From assembly GCA_964357975.1 (NCBI GenBank), contig CAYHNG010000007.1, forward strand, positions 1-61,281: a stretch of DNA of 61,281 bases, given 5' to 3'. Under the pieces are notes generated by a model. The model was not told the origin of the DNA, made no database searches, and worked only from the letters and a program-made list of their open reading frames with translations. Positions 35,199 to 43,036 of the stretch are shown piece by piece (the stretch's first letter is position 1; every line of letters starts with the position of its first letter). The position numbers and the translations under genes are program-made. Origin of the DNA: an uncultured Pseudomonadales bacterium. Its GTDB lineage: Bacteria; Patescibacteriota; Microgenomatia; UBA1400; MFAQ01.

Positions 35199-35272
35199 GG
35201 GTCGATAGCTCAGCTGGTTAGAGCGCGAAGCTTATACCTTCGATGTCGTAGGTCCGAATCCTACTCGACCCA
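35199..35272 (+). tRNA. tRNA-Ile, anticodon UAU
   Basis: Hand-folded cloverleaf:
- Acceptor GGGTCGA/TCGACCC.
- D arm GCTC-AGCTGGTTA-GAGC.
- Anticodon arm CGAAG-CTTATAC-CTTCG, giving anticodon TAT.
- T arm GTAGG-TCCGAAT-CCTAC.
- Discriminator A, with no encoded CCA. Confidence 0.85.
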
Positions 35273-35275
35273 CCC

Positions 35276-35644
35276 ATGAAAGGAAAGACAAAAACCACGA
35301 AGGTTAAAGTTAAACAAGACAGGCTTTTGAGGGTATCTCAAACGAAGAACGAGCTTGATGATTATGTGGGCAACAACTGGCCACAGGAAATGCTGATAAG
35401 CGGAAACCTAGAACTGGGAAAGAGCGGAAATCCGGTGACTGTTTATTTGGAAGATGAGGTCACGGGCGAGCAACTGGAAGTGTCCGGGGTAAAAAATGCC
35501 TTTTTGATACTGGAAGATACCAGAAGAACCTCCTCCGGTTGGTTGGCATTGGCTGTGGGCTCTATAGAGAAAATGGGTGATGTCTTAGGGTTTTTATCCC
35601 AAACAACTTTAGATACCATCAAAAAACTGACAAAGAAACATTAG
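35276..35644 (+). CDS. hypothetical protein
   Basis: 122 aa with a Lys-rich N-terminus. The ATG begins 4 nt after the tRNA end. The 3' end overlaps the convergent recombinase gene by 4 nt. Confidence 0.4.
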   Translation: MKGKTKTTKVKVKQDRLLRVSQTKNELDDYVGNNWPQEMLISGNLELGKSGNPVTVYLEDEVTGEQLEVSGVKNAFLILEDTRRTSSGWLALAVGSIEKMGDVLGFLSQTTLDTIKKLTKKH

Positions 35645-36516
35645 AGATCGACGATCTTTGGTTTGTCTTTGGCCGGTTTCTCAGAGATAAATTCGAGATA
35701 TTTTTCGGTGGTAGAAAGTCTTTTGTGACCAACAAGCTTGCTAATGTAGACCAAAGGACTACCGGAAGTCAGCTGTTGAGCAATAAAGGTGTGTCTAAGA
35801 TCGTTGACCTTGGCGTTTTCGATGCCGGCGATGTGAAAATAGCGATCAAGATTGGAACGAATATTTCTGATAAGGAAAGCGTTGCCCGTCTTAGTAATAA
35901 AGACGCTATTGTTAGCACTTTTGGGTCGAACGGCCAAATATTTGTCTAGAGCCTCTCTGGCAGGTTGGTTGATGGGGGTAACTCTTTCAGGGTGTGATTC
36001 GTAAGCTCTGATAGTGACTTGATTGGTATTTTTGTCGATATCGGTAATTTTAAGGTTGGCCAATTCAGAGATACGCATACCTGTTTGAAGGAGAATCTCC
36101 ACGATAGCCGCCATTCTGACATCTTCGCGGCAGGCGTCTCGAAGGGCACGGTATTCGATCTTGTTCAGGATTCTGGGCGGTTTGATATCATATTTGGGGT
36201 GAGAAACACCAATTGAAGGATTTTCGGAAATAAGTCCGTTTGTTTGAACATAGGAGAAGAAAGACTTGATAGAGTTAATCTTTCTGGAAATTGATTTGGT
36301 GGTGTAGCTATTTTCCGCCAAATGAGCCTTAAAGGAGTCAATGCTCTCTTTGGTAACCTCCTTGAGGTTGGTAATATTGGACTTGGCTACAAAATCAGCC
36401 AGTTGCTCGATATCTTTCGAATAGGCTAAGATGGTAGCGGAAGCTCTGCCTTGCTGTGCAAGGTGGTTCTTAAAGGCTGAGACGGCCTGTTTGATATTGA
36501 GTTCGTTTTGGTCCAT
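35641..36516 (-). CDS. tyrosine recombinase/integrase (XerC/XerD-like)
   Basis: N-terminal SAM-like domain. The catalytic set is GMRISELANL (Arg), LRHTFIAQ (His-x-x-Arg region), and VGHKRLSTTEKYL (His...Tyr). Confidence 0.8.
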   Translation of the reverse strand: MDQNELNIKQAVSAFKNHLAQQGRASATILAYSKDIEQLADFVAKSNITNLKEVTKESIDSFKAHLAENSYTTKSISRKINSIKSFFSYVQTNGLISENPSIGVSHPKYDIKPPRILNKIEYRALRDACREDVRMAAIVEILLQTGMRISELANLKITDIDKNTNQVTIRAYESHPERVTPINQPAREALDKYLAVRPKSANNSVFITKTGNAFLIRNIRSNLDRYFHIAGIENAKVNDLRHTFIAQQLTSGSPLVYISKLVGHKRLSTTEKYLEFISEKPAKDKPKIVDL

Positions 36517-36573
36517 TTTTGTTATAAATATATTATGGCTCTAATTATAACACTCTAGGTTACAAAAAAGCAA

Positions 36574-36942
36574 GTGGGTAAAACAAACACGGTAAATAGG
36601 CATGAAAGAGGGTGGTATGGAGCCCTGTTCCTGGTGGTGGCTTGGTTACTGATCCTTTCGCTTTCGAGGGATGTTTGGCAAATAAGGCTGGGCTTTAACA
36701 GAATTTTGGAGGCAACCAGGAGATTGGAAGTAGAACAGGCAAAAAATGACGCTTTAAAGGCTAAGCTGAACTTGGTCATGACGGATGACTTTAGAGAAAA
36801 GATTATCAGGGAGAAGCTGAATATGCAAAAAGAGGGAGAGATTTTGGCTGTGATGCCCGAAAAAGCTTTGATCCGGGAGGTTGCAGAAAGAACAAGTCCG
36901 GTACCTAATTGGAGAAAGTGGTGGAATCTGGTATCCCCGTAG
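36574..36942 (+). CDS. FtsB/DivIC-type septum formation initiator
   Basis: Single TM followed by a coiled coil and IREKLNMQKEGEIL, typical of the DivIC/FtsB family. GTG start. Confidence 0.6.
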   Translation: MGKTNTVNRHERGWYGALFLVVAWLLILSLSRDVWQIRLGFNRILEATRRLEVEQAKNDALKAKLNLVMTDDFREKIIREKLNMQKEGEILAVMPEKALIREVAERTSPVPNWRKWWNLVSP

Positions 36943-36970
36943 GAATGTCAGGTCCGAGAGGTTTTCGGTA

Positions 36971-37046
36971 TGGTTGCGGGTCTAGGGTTCCGCCCCCCAG
37001 TTAAGCAGGATTATGAGCCCTGCAAGATACTTACCTTCCACCCGCA
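36971..37046 (-). tRNA. divergent initiator-like tRNA (CAU) with aberrant D and T loops
   Basis: 76 nt on the minus strand, folded by hand:
- Acceptor TGCGGGT/ACCCGCA (7 bp), then A and CCA. The 3' end GCAACCA matches that of E. coli tRNA-fMet.
- Anticodon arm CAGGG-CTCATAA-TCCTG, with a GGG run before the loop.
- An A11:U24-type pair is present.
- The D loop is TAAGTA (no GG) and the T loop is GGCGGAA (no TTC).
- An extended -10 lies 16 nt upstream. Confidence 0.5.
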
Positions 37047-37062
37047 AAAGACGAACATCCAT

Positions 37063-37071
37063 ATTATAGCA
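37063..37071 (-). promoter_or_regulatory. extended -10 (TGcTATAAT) for the minus-strand tRNA-like gene
   Basis: The reverse complement of 37063-37071 reads TGCTATAAT, and 16 nt separate it from the tRNA-like 5' end at 37046. Confidence 0.55.
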
Positions 37072-37109
37072 TGAGTGAGCGTAATTTGGCTGCTATGGTG
37101 CCTTCAAAA

Positions 37110-37118
37110 TGGTAAAAT
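37110..37118 (+). promoter_or_regulatory. extended -10 (TGgTAAAAT) for tRNA(CAU)/trpS
   Basis: TGGTAAAAT lies 31 nt upstream of the tRNA 5' end. Confidence 0.5.
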
Positions 37119-37149
37119 AGGGCTTGGATCGCCTTTTGGAGCCGATCAT

Positions 37150-37221
37150 GGCAGGGTAGCTCAGTGGTAGAGCAAGGTCTTCATAAGGCCGAGGTCACGG
37201 GTCCGACCCCCGTCCCTGCTA
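37150..37221 (+). tRNA. tRNA with CAU anticodon (elongator Met, or Ile2 if lysidinylated)
   Basis: Hand-folded cloverleaf:
- Acceptor GGCAGGG/CCCTGCT, with a G1-U72 wobble.
- D arm GCTC-AGTGGTA-GAGC.
- Anticodon loop TTCATAA.
- T arm ACGGG-TCCGACC-CCCGT.
- No encoded CCA.
It is not initiator-like, having no 1:72 mismatch and no GGG/CCC anticodon stem. Confidence 0.8.
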
Positions 37222-37246
37222 CTTTAGAGAGAGAAACGACAAATAT

Positions 37247-38245
37247 ATGAAAAAAAGAATACTGACAGGAGACAGGCCAAGTGGAAAATTACATTTAGGT
37301 CACTACGTTGGTTCTCTGGCAAACAGAGTTAAGCTTCAGGAAGAATACGACCAGTATGTTTTGATAGCCGATGTACAAGCTCTAACCGACAATTATGAAC
37401 ATCCGGAAAGGGTGGCTAATTCTGTACGTGAATTGGTTTTGGATTATGTGGCTGCAGGTATTGATCCGACAAAATCTACAATTGTCTTACAATCTCAGAT
37501 CCCGGCGATTGCCGAGCTGACTGTATTTTATCTAAATCTGGTGAGCCTAAACCGGGTGCTACGAAACCCAACAGTAAAAGCCGAGATCGAACAAAAAGGC
37601 TTCGGAGACTCAATTCCCGCCGGATTTGCAATGTATCCTGTATCTCAAGCGGCTGATATAACGGCCTTTGAGGCCAATTTGGTCCCCGTGGGTGAGGATC
37701 AGCTGCCCATGATAGAGCAGACCAGAGAGATTGTCAGAAAATTTAACGGTCTGTACGGGGAAACTCTCATCGAACCGGAAGGCTTAATAAGCGAATTTCC
37801 AAGACTGGTGGGTTTGGACGGAAAGGCAAAGATGAGTAAAAGTCTGAGTAATGGAATTTATCTATCTGATGGTACAGAAGAAGTTAGAAAAAAGGTAATG
37901 AGCATGTACACTGATCCAAACAGATTAAAGCCATCGGATCATGGTACGGTAGAGGGCAACCCGGTCTTTATTTATCATGACGCGTTTAATCCTAACGTGG
38001 AAGAGGTGAATGATTTGAAAAAAAGATACCGTTCAGGGATGGTCGGGGATGTAGAGGTTAAGCAAAAACTTGTTGTAGCGATAAACAATTTATTGGAACC
38101 AATGAGGAGCAGGCGAGCCGAATTGGAAAATCACCCGGAAAGAATTGAGGCCATCTTAAGGGATGGGGTGGAAAATGGTCGAAAAGTTTCCCAAGAAGTT
38201 CTGATAAAAGTGAAAGCGGCAATGAAGATAAATTACGATTTTTAA
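37247..38245 (+). CDS. trpS: tryptophan--tRNA ligase
   Basis: HIGH-type GKLHLGHY, a KMSKS motif, and a size of 332 aa. Confidence 0.95.
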   Translation: MKKRILTGDRPSGKLHLGHYVGSLANRVKLQEEYDQYVLIADVQALTDNYEHPERVANSVRELVLDYVAAGIDPTKSTIVLQSQIPAIAELTVFYLNLVSLNRVLRNPTVKAEIEQKGFGDSIPAGFAMYPVSQAADITAFEANLVPVGEDQLPMIEQTREIVRKFNGLYGETLIEPEGLISEFPRLVGLDGKAKMSKSLSNGIYLSDGTEEVRKKVMSMYTDPNRLKPSDHGTVEGNPVFIYHDAFNPNVEEVNDLKKRYRSGMVGDVEVKQKLVVAINNLLEPMRSRRAELENHPERIEAILRDGVENGRKVSQEVLIKVKAAMKINYDF

Positions 38246-38246
38246 A

Positions 38247-38582
38247 ATGAAAGAATTAATTGCTTACGGAGACTTTGAAAAGTTGGACATTAGATCCGGA
38301 AAAGTTATTTCGGCTTCTGTGCCAGAATGGAGCGAAAAATTGATTCGATATGTGGTGGATTTGGGCGAAGAGATAGGGGAAAGAGTCTTGTTTTCGGGAA
38401 TCAGAAAGTGGTACCAACCGGAAGATCTAACGGGAAAAATAATTCCGGTAATTGTAAACATGGCACCCAAAAAAATGGGAGAAGAGGAATCTCAGGGTAT
38501 GGCGCTAATGGTAGACGGAAGTGAGGGTCCAATAATGATATTTTTGCCTGAATCGGTTATACCAGGATCGGTGATAAGATAG
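38247..38582 (+). CDS. tRNA-binding domain protein (CsaA/EMAP-like OB fold)
   Basis: Contains FEKLDIRSGKVISA...VIVNMAPKKMGEEESQGMAL, which is typical of the MetRS C-terminal/CsaA fold. Confidence 0.8.
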   Translation: MKELIAYGDFEKLDIRSGKVISASVPEWSEKLIRYVVDLGEEIGERVLFSGIRKWYQPEDLTGKIIPVIVNMAPKKMGEEESQGMALMVDGSEGPIMIFLPESVIPGSVIR

Positions 38583-38593
38583 GGAGATCAAAT

Positions 38594-40474
38594 ATGCAAC
38601 AACAGATAAAACCAGAGACTAAGAAAGTTGAATTTAAGTTCAATTTAAATTTGAGAAGAATAATGATATGGGTTTTGATACTATTCCTTTTTTTGCCCGG
38701 ATTAATTAAATTTATTTTAGGGTCTACCGGGGCGGTAAAAGAACTGCCACTATCAACAGCTATTGCTGAGATTAAGGCCGGAAAGGTGGATGAGGTTCAA
38801 ATTAGAGGTCAAGAACTAATTCTGCTTTATCCTAAAGACAGTTCCGGTAATCAAATTCTCGGTATGTCCCGTAAAGAAGATGGCGCCAGTTTTATGGATC
38901 AGTTACAAAAGGCGGGCGTGGATGAAAGTAAAGTAAAGGTGGAGGTTGTATCTCAAGATTTTATTAATGGATTCTGGAACATCATGTCGCTTGTCTTGCC
39001 GATCGTGGGATTTGGAGTGCTAATGTATTATCTAATGAGAAGACAGGGTGGTGGTGGAGACATGTTTGGGATCGGAAAGAGTAAAGCTAAACTCTTTGCT
39101 AAAGGAAAACAGAATGTGAAGTTTTCGGATGTTGCCGGGGTGGATGAAGCCAAGAAAGAACTGGAAGAAGTAGTCGACTTTTTGAAAAATCCTAAAAAAT
39201 ACCGTGATCTGGGTGCAAGGACGCCTAAGGGTGTGCTCTTGACCGGACCGGCCGGCGTAGGAAAAACTTTATTGGCCAGGGCAGTTGCCGGGGAAGCCGG
39301 GGTTCCGTTCTTCTCTATGGCTGGGTCGGAATTCATGGAAATGTTGGTTGGCGTTGGTGCCAGCAGAGTAAGAGACTTATTTGAAACAGCCAAAAGAGCC
39401 AATCCCTCGATAATATTTATTGACGAGGTAGATGCGATAGGAAGAACACGCGGGGGAAGTGGTGGTTTTGGTGGTCATGATGAAAGAGAACAGACACTGA
39501 ATCAAATATTGGTGGAAATGGATGGCTTTACACAGTCGGATAATGTGATTGTTCTGGCGGCGACAAACAGACCCGACGTGCTGGATCCGGCTTTGGTAAG
39601 ACCCGGACGTTTTGATCGTAGAGTAACCTTGGATTTACCCGATATCGCAGGTAGAAAAGCGATATTGGAAATTCATAAAAAAGGTAAACCATTTGTAAAA
39701 GAATTAAATTGGAGTAAGGTAGCCGAAAGAACGGTCGGATTTTCCGGAGCCGATATTGAAAACATGCTGAATGAGTCCGCGATATTAGCGGCGCGAGACA
39801 ACCAAAAAGAGATAGAAATGAAAGATATTGAAGAAGCAGCCATGAAAGTTAAAATGGGTCCTGAGAAAAAAAGACTGCAATCTAAACTTGAACAAAAAAT
39901 GACAGCATACCATGAGGCCGGTCATGCAGTGGTAGGCCACCTGTTGATGGGAACTGATCCGATTCATAGAATAAGCATCGTCTCGCGTGGAATGGCTCTT
40001 GGGTTTACCATGAGTCGGCCAAAAACCGATAAGTATCAACAAACACTATCCGAATTGAAAGATGAAATAGCGATGATGTTGGGCGGAAGAGCGGCCGAAA
40101 AAATCGTTTTTAATGAACTTACGGCCGGAGCGTCCAGTGACATTGAAAGAGCGACGATATTGGCTAGAAGGATGGTGGTGGACTTTGGAATGAGTGAGCT
40201 TGGGCCAGTATCCTTAAACCAAACGATAGACACAAACGCTTGGGGGTACTCGGTGGGTGATAGTGTCAGGTTGTCGGAAGCCACACAGGCCAAGGTGGAT
40301 CTGGAAATTAAGAAGTTTATGGACGAAGGATATAAAGTGGCCGAAGACTTGGTGAAAAAGAATAGAAAAATATTGGATAAATTGGTCGATAGATTGATTA
40401 AGGTTGAGACAATTGAACAGGAAGAGTTTGAGGCTATTGTAGGTAAAGCCAAACCATCAATAGAAGAAAAATGA
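38594..40474 (+). CDS. ftsH: ATP-dependent zinc metalloprotease FtsH
   Basis: Walker A GPAGVGKT, Walker B IIFIDEVD, SRH region, and Zn motif HEAGHA. Confidence 0.95.
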   Translation: MQQQIKPETKKVEFKFNLNLRRIMIWVLILFLFLPGLIKFILGSTGAVKELPLSTAIAEIKAGKVDEVQIRGQELILLYPKDSSGNQILGMSRKEDGASFMDQLQKAGVDESKVKVEVVSQDFINGFWNIMSLVLPIVGFGVLMYYLMRRQGGGGDMFGIGKSKAKLFAKGKQNVKFSDVAGVDEAKKELEEVVDFLKNPKKYRDLGARTPKGVLLTGPAGVGKTLLARAVAGEAGVPFFSMAGSEFMEMLVGVGASRVRDLFETAKRANPSIIFIDEVDAIGRTRGGSGGFGGHDEREQTLNQILVEMDGFTQSDNVIVLAATNRPDVLDPALVRPGRFDRRVTLDLPDIAGRKAILEIHKKGKPFVKELNWSKVAERTVGFSGADIENMLNESAILAARDNQKEIEMKDIEEAAMKVKMGPEKKRLQSKLEQKMTAYHEAGHAVVGHLLMGTDPIHRISIVSRGMALGFTMSRPKTDKYQQTLSELKDEIAMMLGGRAAEKIVFNELTAGASSDIERATILARRMVVDFGMSELGPVSLNQTIDTNAWGYSVGDSVRLSEATQAKVDLEIKKFMDEGYKVAEDLVKKNRKILDKLVDRLIKVETIEQEEFEAIVGKAKPSIEEK

Positions 40475-41379
40475 AGAAGCTTATTTTGATTGACGGCAAC
40501 GCTCTACTTCACCGAGCTTACCACGCCTATCCACCTCTGAGTACGCCAAGTGGAGAGCTGATAAATGCCGTCTATGGATTTTCTTCGATGCTGCTTTCGG
40601 TGATTGATAAGCTTTCTCCTACCCATGTGGCCGTAGCATGGGACTTGAAGGGACCAACTTTTAGAAAACAAGAGTTCGAAGAGTATAAAGCCAACAGAAA
40701 ACCGATGGATGACGATTTAGCCACTCAGATTGATAGAACAAAAGAGGTCGTGAAGAAGTTAAATATTCCACAGTTTGCAATTGAGGGTTTTGAAGCCGAT
40801 GATATTATTGGGACGTTAGCGAGACTAGCTTTGAAAGAAGAAGACACACAGATTGTAATAGTGACCGGTGACCGAGACTCACTTCAATTGATTAAAGAAC
40901 AGAAGGTAGTGGTCTACCTGCCGGTTCAAAATCATCATGCACAATCGGTGGTCTTTGATGAAGAGAAAGTAAAAGAAGTATACGGATTAACACCTGAGCA
41001 AATAATTGATCTGAAGAGTTTGATGGGGGATCCGTCAGATAATATTCCGGGAGTAAAGGGTGTCGGTAAGGTGACGGCGACAAAATTAATTCAGCAATTT
41101 GGAAGCATGAAGAAACTCTACGAAAGTCTGGATGATCCCCGAATTGTACCCAGAATAAAAGCCTTGCTTGAAGCCGAGAAGGAAATGGCAGAAAAAAGCT
41201 ACTATTTGGCAAAAATCGATAACGAGGTGCCTTTGAAATTGAATTGGGAAGATTGTTTATTAACCGATTATGACAAGAGCGAAGTGATCAAATTATTTGA
41301 GGAGTTAAACTTTAAAAGTTTGATTGGAAAGTTGCCTAAGGACTCATGGGAAAGAGAGGTTCAAGACGTTTTTATATGA
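40471..41379 (+). CDS. stand-alone 5'-3' exonuclease/flap endonuclease (Pol I N-terminal domain type)
   Basis: Contains LILIDGNALLHRAYHA, VTGDRDSLQL, and the H3TH block GDPSDNIPGVKGVGKVTA. No polymerase domain is present. Confidence 0.85.
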   Translation: MKKLILIDGNALLHRAYHAYPPLSTPSGELINAVYGFSSMLLSVIDKLSPTHVAVAWDLKGPTFRKQEFEEYKANRKPMDDDLATQIDRTKEVVKKLNIPQFAIEGFEADDIIGTLARLALKEEDTQIVIVTGDRDSLQLIKEQKVVVYLPVQNHHAQSVVFDEEKVKEVYGLTPEQIIDLKSLMGDPSDNIPGVKGVGKVTATKLIQQFGSMKKLYESLDDPRIVPRIKALLEAEKEMAEKSYYLAKIDNEVPLKLNWEDCLLTDYDKSEVIKLFEELNFKSLIGKLPKDSWEREVQDVFI

Positions 41380-42488
41380 AAGTCGCACTTGTTCATGACT
41401 ATATCAAAGAGTTCGGTGGGGCAGAAAGGGTGCTGAGAGTTCTGGCAGACATGTACCCAAAGGCACCAATTTTTACGGCATTTCGAGTTAAGGGTTCGAC
41501 GTGTGACAAAGAATTTAAAGATAGGAAGATTGTGGAAAGCCGTCTAGCGTTTCTGATTAAATATGGAAATCTCTATAGCCCTTTGAGGTTTTTGGTCCCA
41601 CTTATCTGGAGTTCACTGGATTTGTCGGAGTATGATCTGGTGATTACCTCGTGTTCTTCGTATTTCGCGAGAGGATTCAAAGTATCTCCAAAAACCGTTG
41701 TGGTTGCTTATTGCCATACTCCTCCGCGTTTCTTGTATGGATATGAGACTAGTATTAATTTACAGAAATATTGGATTGTACGGGTATACGCAACAATTGT
41801 TAACCATTTTTTGAGAATATTTGACTGGCATTCCGCCCAGAGGGTAAATAAGTGGATAGTAAATTCGGAGAATGTGAGGAAAAGGGTCTGGAAGTTTTAC
41901 CGAAAAGAGGCCGAGAAAGTCTGCCCGCCGGTAGAAGTGGAAAAATTCATTAAACGCAGTGAAGGCATCAAGAAGGAAAATTATTTTTTAATTGTATCCC
42001 GATTGGTAGGAGCTAAGGGGTTGGTGGAAGCGGCCGAAGCAGCTAAACACATTGGGTTAAAACTTAAAATTGTCGGGGAGGCTGTTGGCTATTCTACGGT
42101 TAAGAGAGAGCTGGAAAAAATTGAAGACGTCGAACTTTTGGGAAGAATTTCCGATAAGGAGATGATGGGATTATATGCAAAAGCAAAAGGATTCATTGCT
42201 TTAGCTAAAGATGAAGATTTTGGTATGACAGTGGTCGAGGCGATGGCTTCCGGAACACCGGTGATTGCTTTTAACGGTGGCGGTTTCAAAGAAACCGTCG
42301 TGGACGGTGAGACGGGACTGTTAATAGATAGTACTGATACGCGGACGCTCGAACTGGCGATGAAGAAGTTTGAAGGAGTGAGCTGGAAAAGAAAGGATCT
42401 GATCAGACAGTCAAGAAAATTTTCCAGAGATTTGTTCGAGAAAAAAATTCGGAAAATCGTTGGTAAGATGAAAGCGGATGAGAAATAA
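41376..42488 (+). CDS. GT4-family (GT-B) glycosyltransferase
   Basis: Contains MKVALVHDYIKEFGGAERV and the E-x7-E region EDFGMTVVEAMASGTPVIA. The ATGA overlap with the previous stop supports the start at 41376. Confidence 0.8.
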   Translation: MKVALVHDYIKEFGGAERVLRVLADMYPKAPIFTAFRVKGSTCDKEFKDRKIVESRLAFLIKYGNLYSPLRFLVPLIWSSLDLSEYDLVITSCSSYFARGFKVSPKTVVVAYCHTPPRFLYGYETSINLQKYWIVRVYATIVNHFLRIFDWHSAQRVNKWIVNSENVRKRVWKFYRKEAEKVCPPVEVEKFIKRSEGIKKENYFLIVSRLVGAKGLVEAAEAAKHIGLKLKIVGEAVGYSTVKRELEKIEDVELLGRISDKEMMGLYAKAKGFIALAKDEDFGMTVVEAMASGTPVIAFNGGGFKETVVDGETGLLIDSTDTRTLELAMKKFEGVSWKRKDLIRQSRKFSRDLFEKKIRKIVGKMKADEK

Positions 42489-43035
42489 TTCTGCCCTGAA
42501 GGTATTGTTTGTCAGCAATGCGGTGTATGTGTTTGCTGCCTTGCTGTTGGGACCGTTATATGCTGTTTATGTTCAGAAAATTGGTGGAGGAGTTTTGCTG
42601 GTAAGTGTCTCAACGGCAGTATTTTATGTGGCTTCAACACTTTTTCTACTTTTTGTGGCCAGATTCGGTGACCGTGTCCGCGAAAAAGAGTTAATGCTGG
42701 CGGCAAGCTATATTATTAGAGGATTAGGCTTTTTGAGCTATATTTTTATTAGCAGTGCGTTGTTTTTGATTTTGATTCAAGTATTATTTGGTTTAGCCGA
42801 ATCACTGGGGACACCGACCTTTGGAACACTGTTTGCGAAACATGTTGATAGGAAGGAAGAAGTAATGGAATACTCCGATTGGGCGATGGTCTCAAATTTG
42901 GTTATGGCGTTAGGGACGATACTGGGCGGTTTTCTGGTAAGTAGTTTGGGGTTCAATTTCTTGTTTGTGACGATAGGCGCTTTGTGTTTTATCTCAGCCG
43001 GATATATATTATTTACGCCGAAGGAAGTTCTGTAG
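42478..43035 (+). CDS. half-size (six-TM) MFS-like protein
   Basis: 185 aa with a motif A-like ARFGDRVREKE between TM2 and TM3. It corresponds to only one MFS six-helix bundle. Confidence 0.5.
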   Translation: MRNNSALKVLFVSNAVYVFAALLLGPLYAVYVQKIGGGVLLVSVSTAVFYVASTLFLLFVARFGDRVREKELMLAASYIIRGLGFLSYIFISSALFLILIQVLFGLAESLGTPTFGTLFAKHVDRKEEVMEYSDWAMVSNLVMALGTILGGFLVSSLGFNFLFVTIGALCFISAGYILFTPKEVL

Positions 43036-43036
43036 T

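Noticed and set aside
35243-36957. An integrated element bounded by the tRNA-Ile 3' half and a partial repeat (ATGTC..AGGTCCGA at 35243-35257 versus 36945-36957)
   Set aside because: Only 13 matching nucleotides with a 2-nt gap. The enclosed 1.7 kb would include the FtsB/DivIC-like division gene. This is too short and too weak to call att sites, so it is kept only as a caveat under the T4CP-locus finding.
36945-36961. SRP-RNA-like string GTCAGGTCCGAGAGG
   Set aside because: It resembles the GUCAGGUCCGGAAGG helix-8 segment. The following conserved GGAAGCAGC side is absent, and no complementary 3' strand is present.
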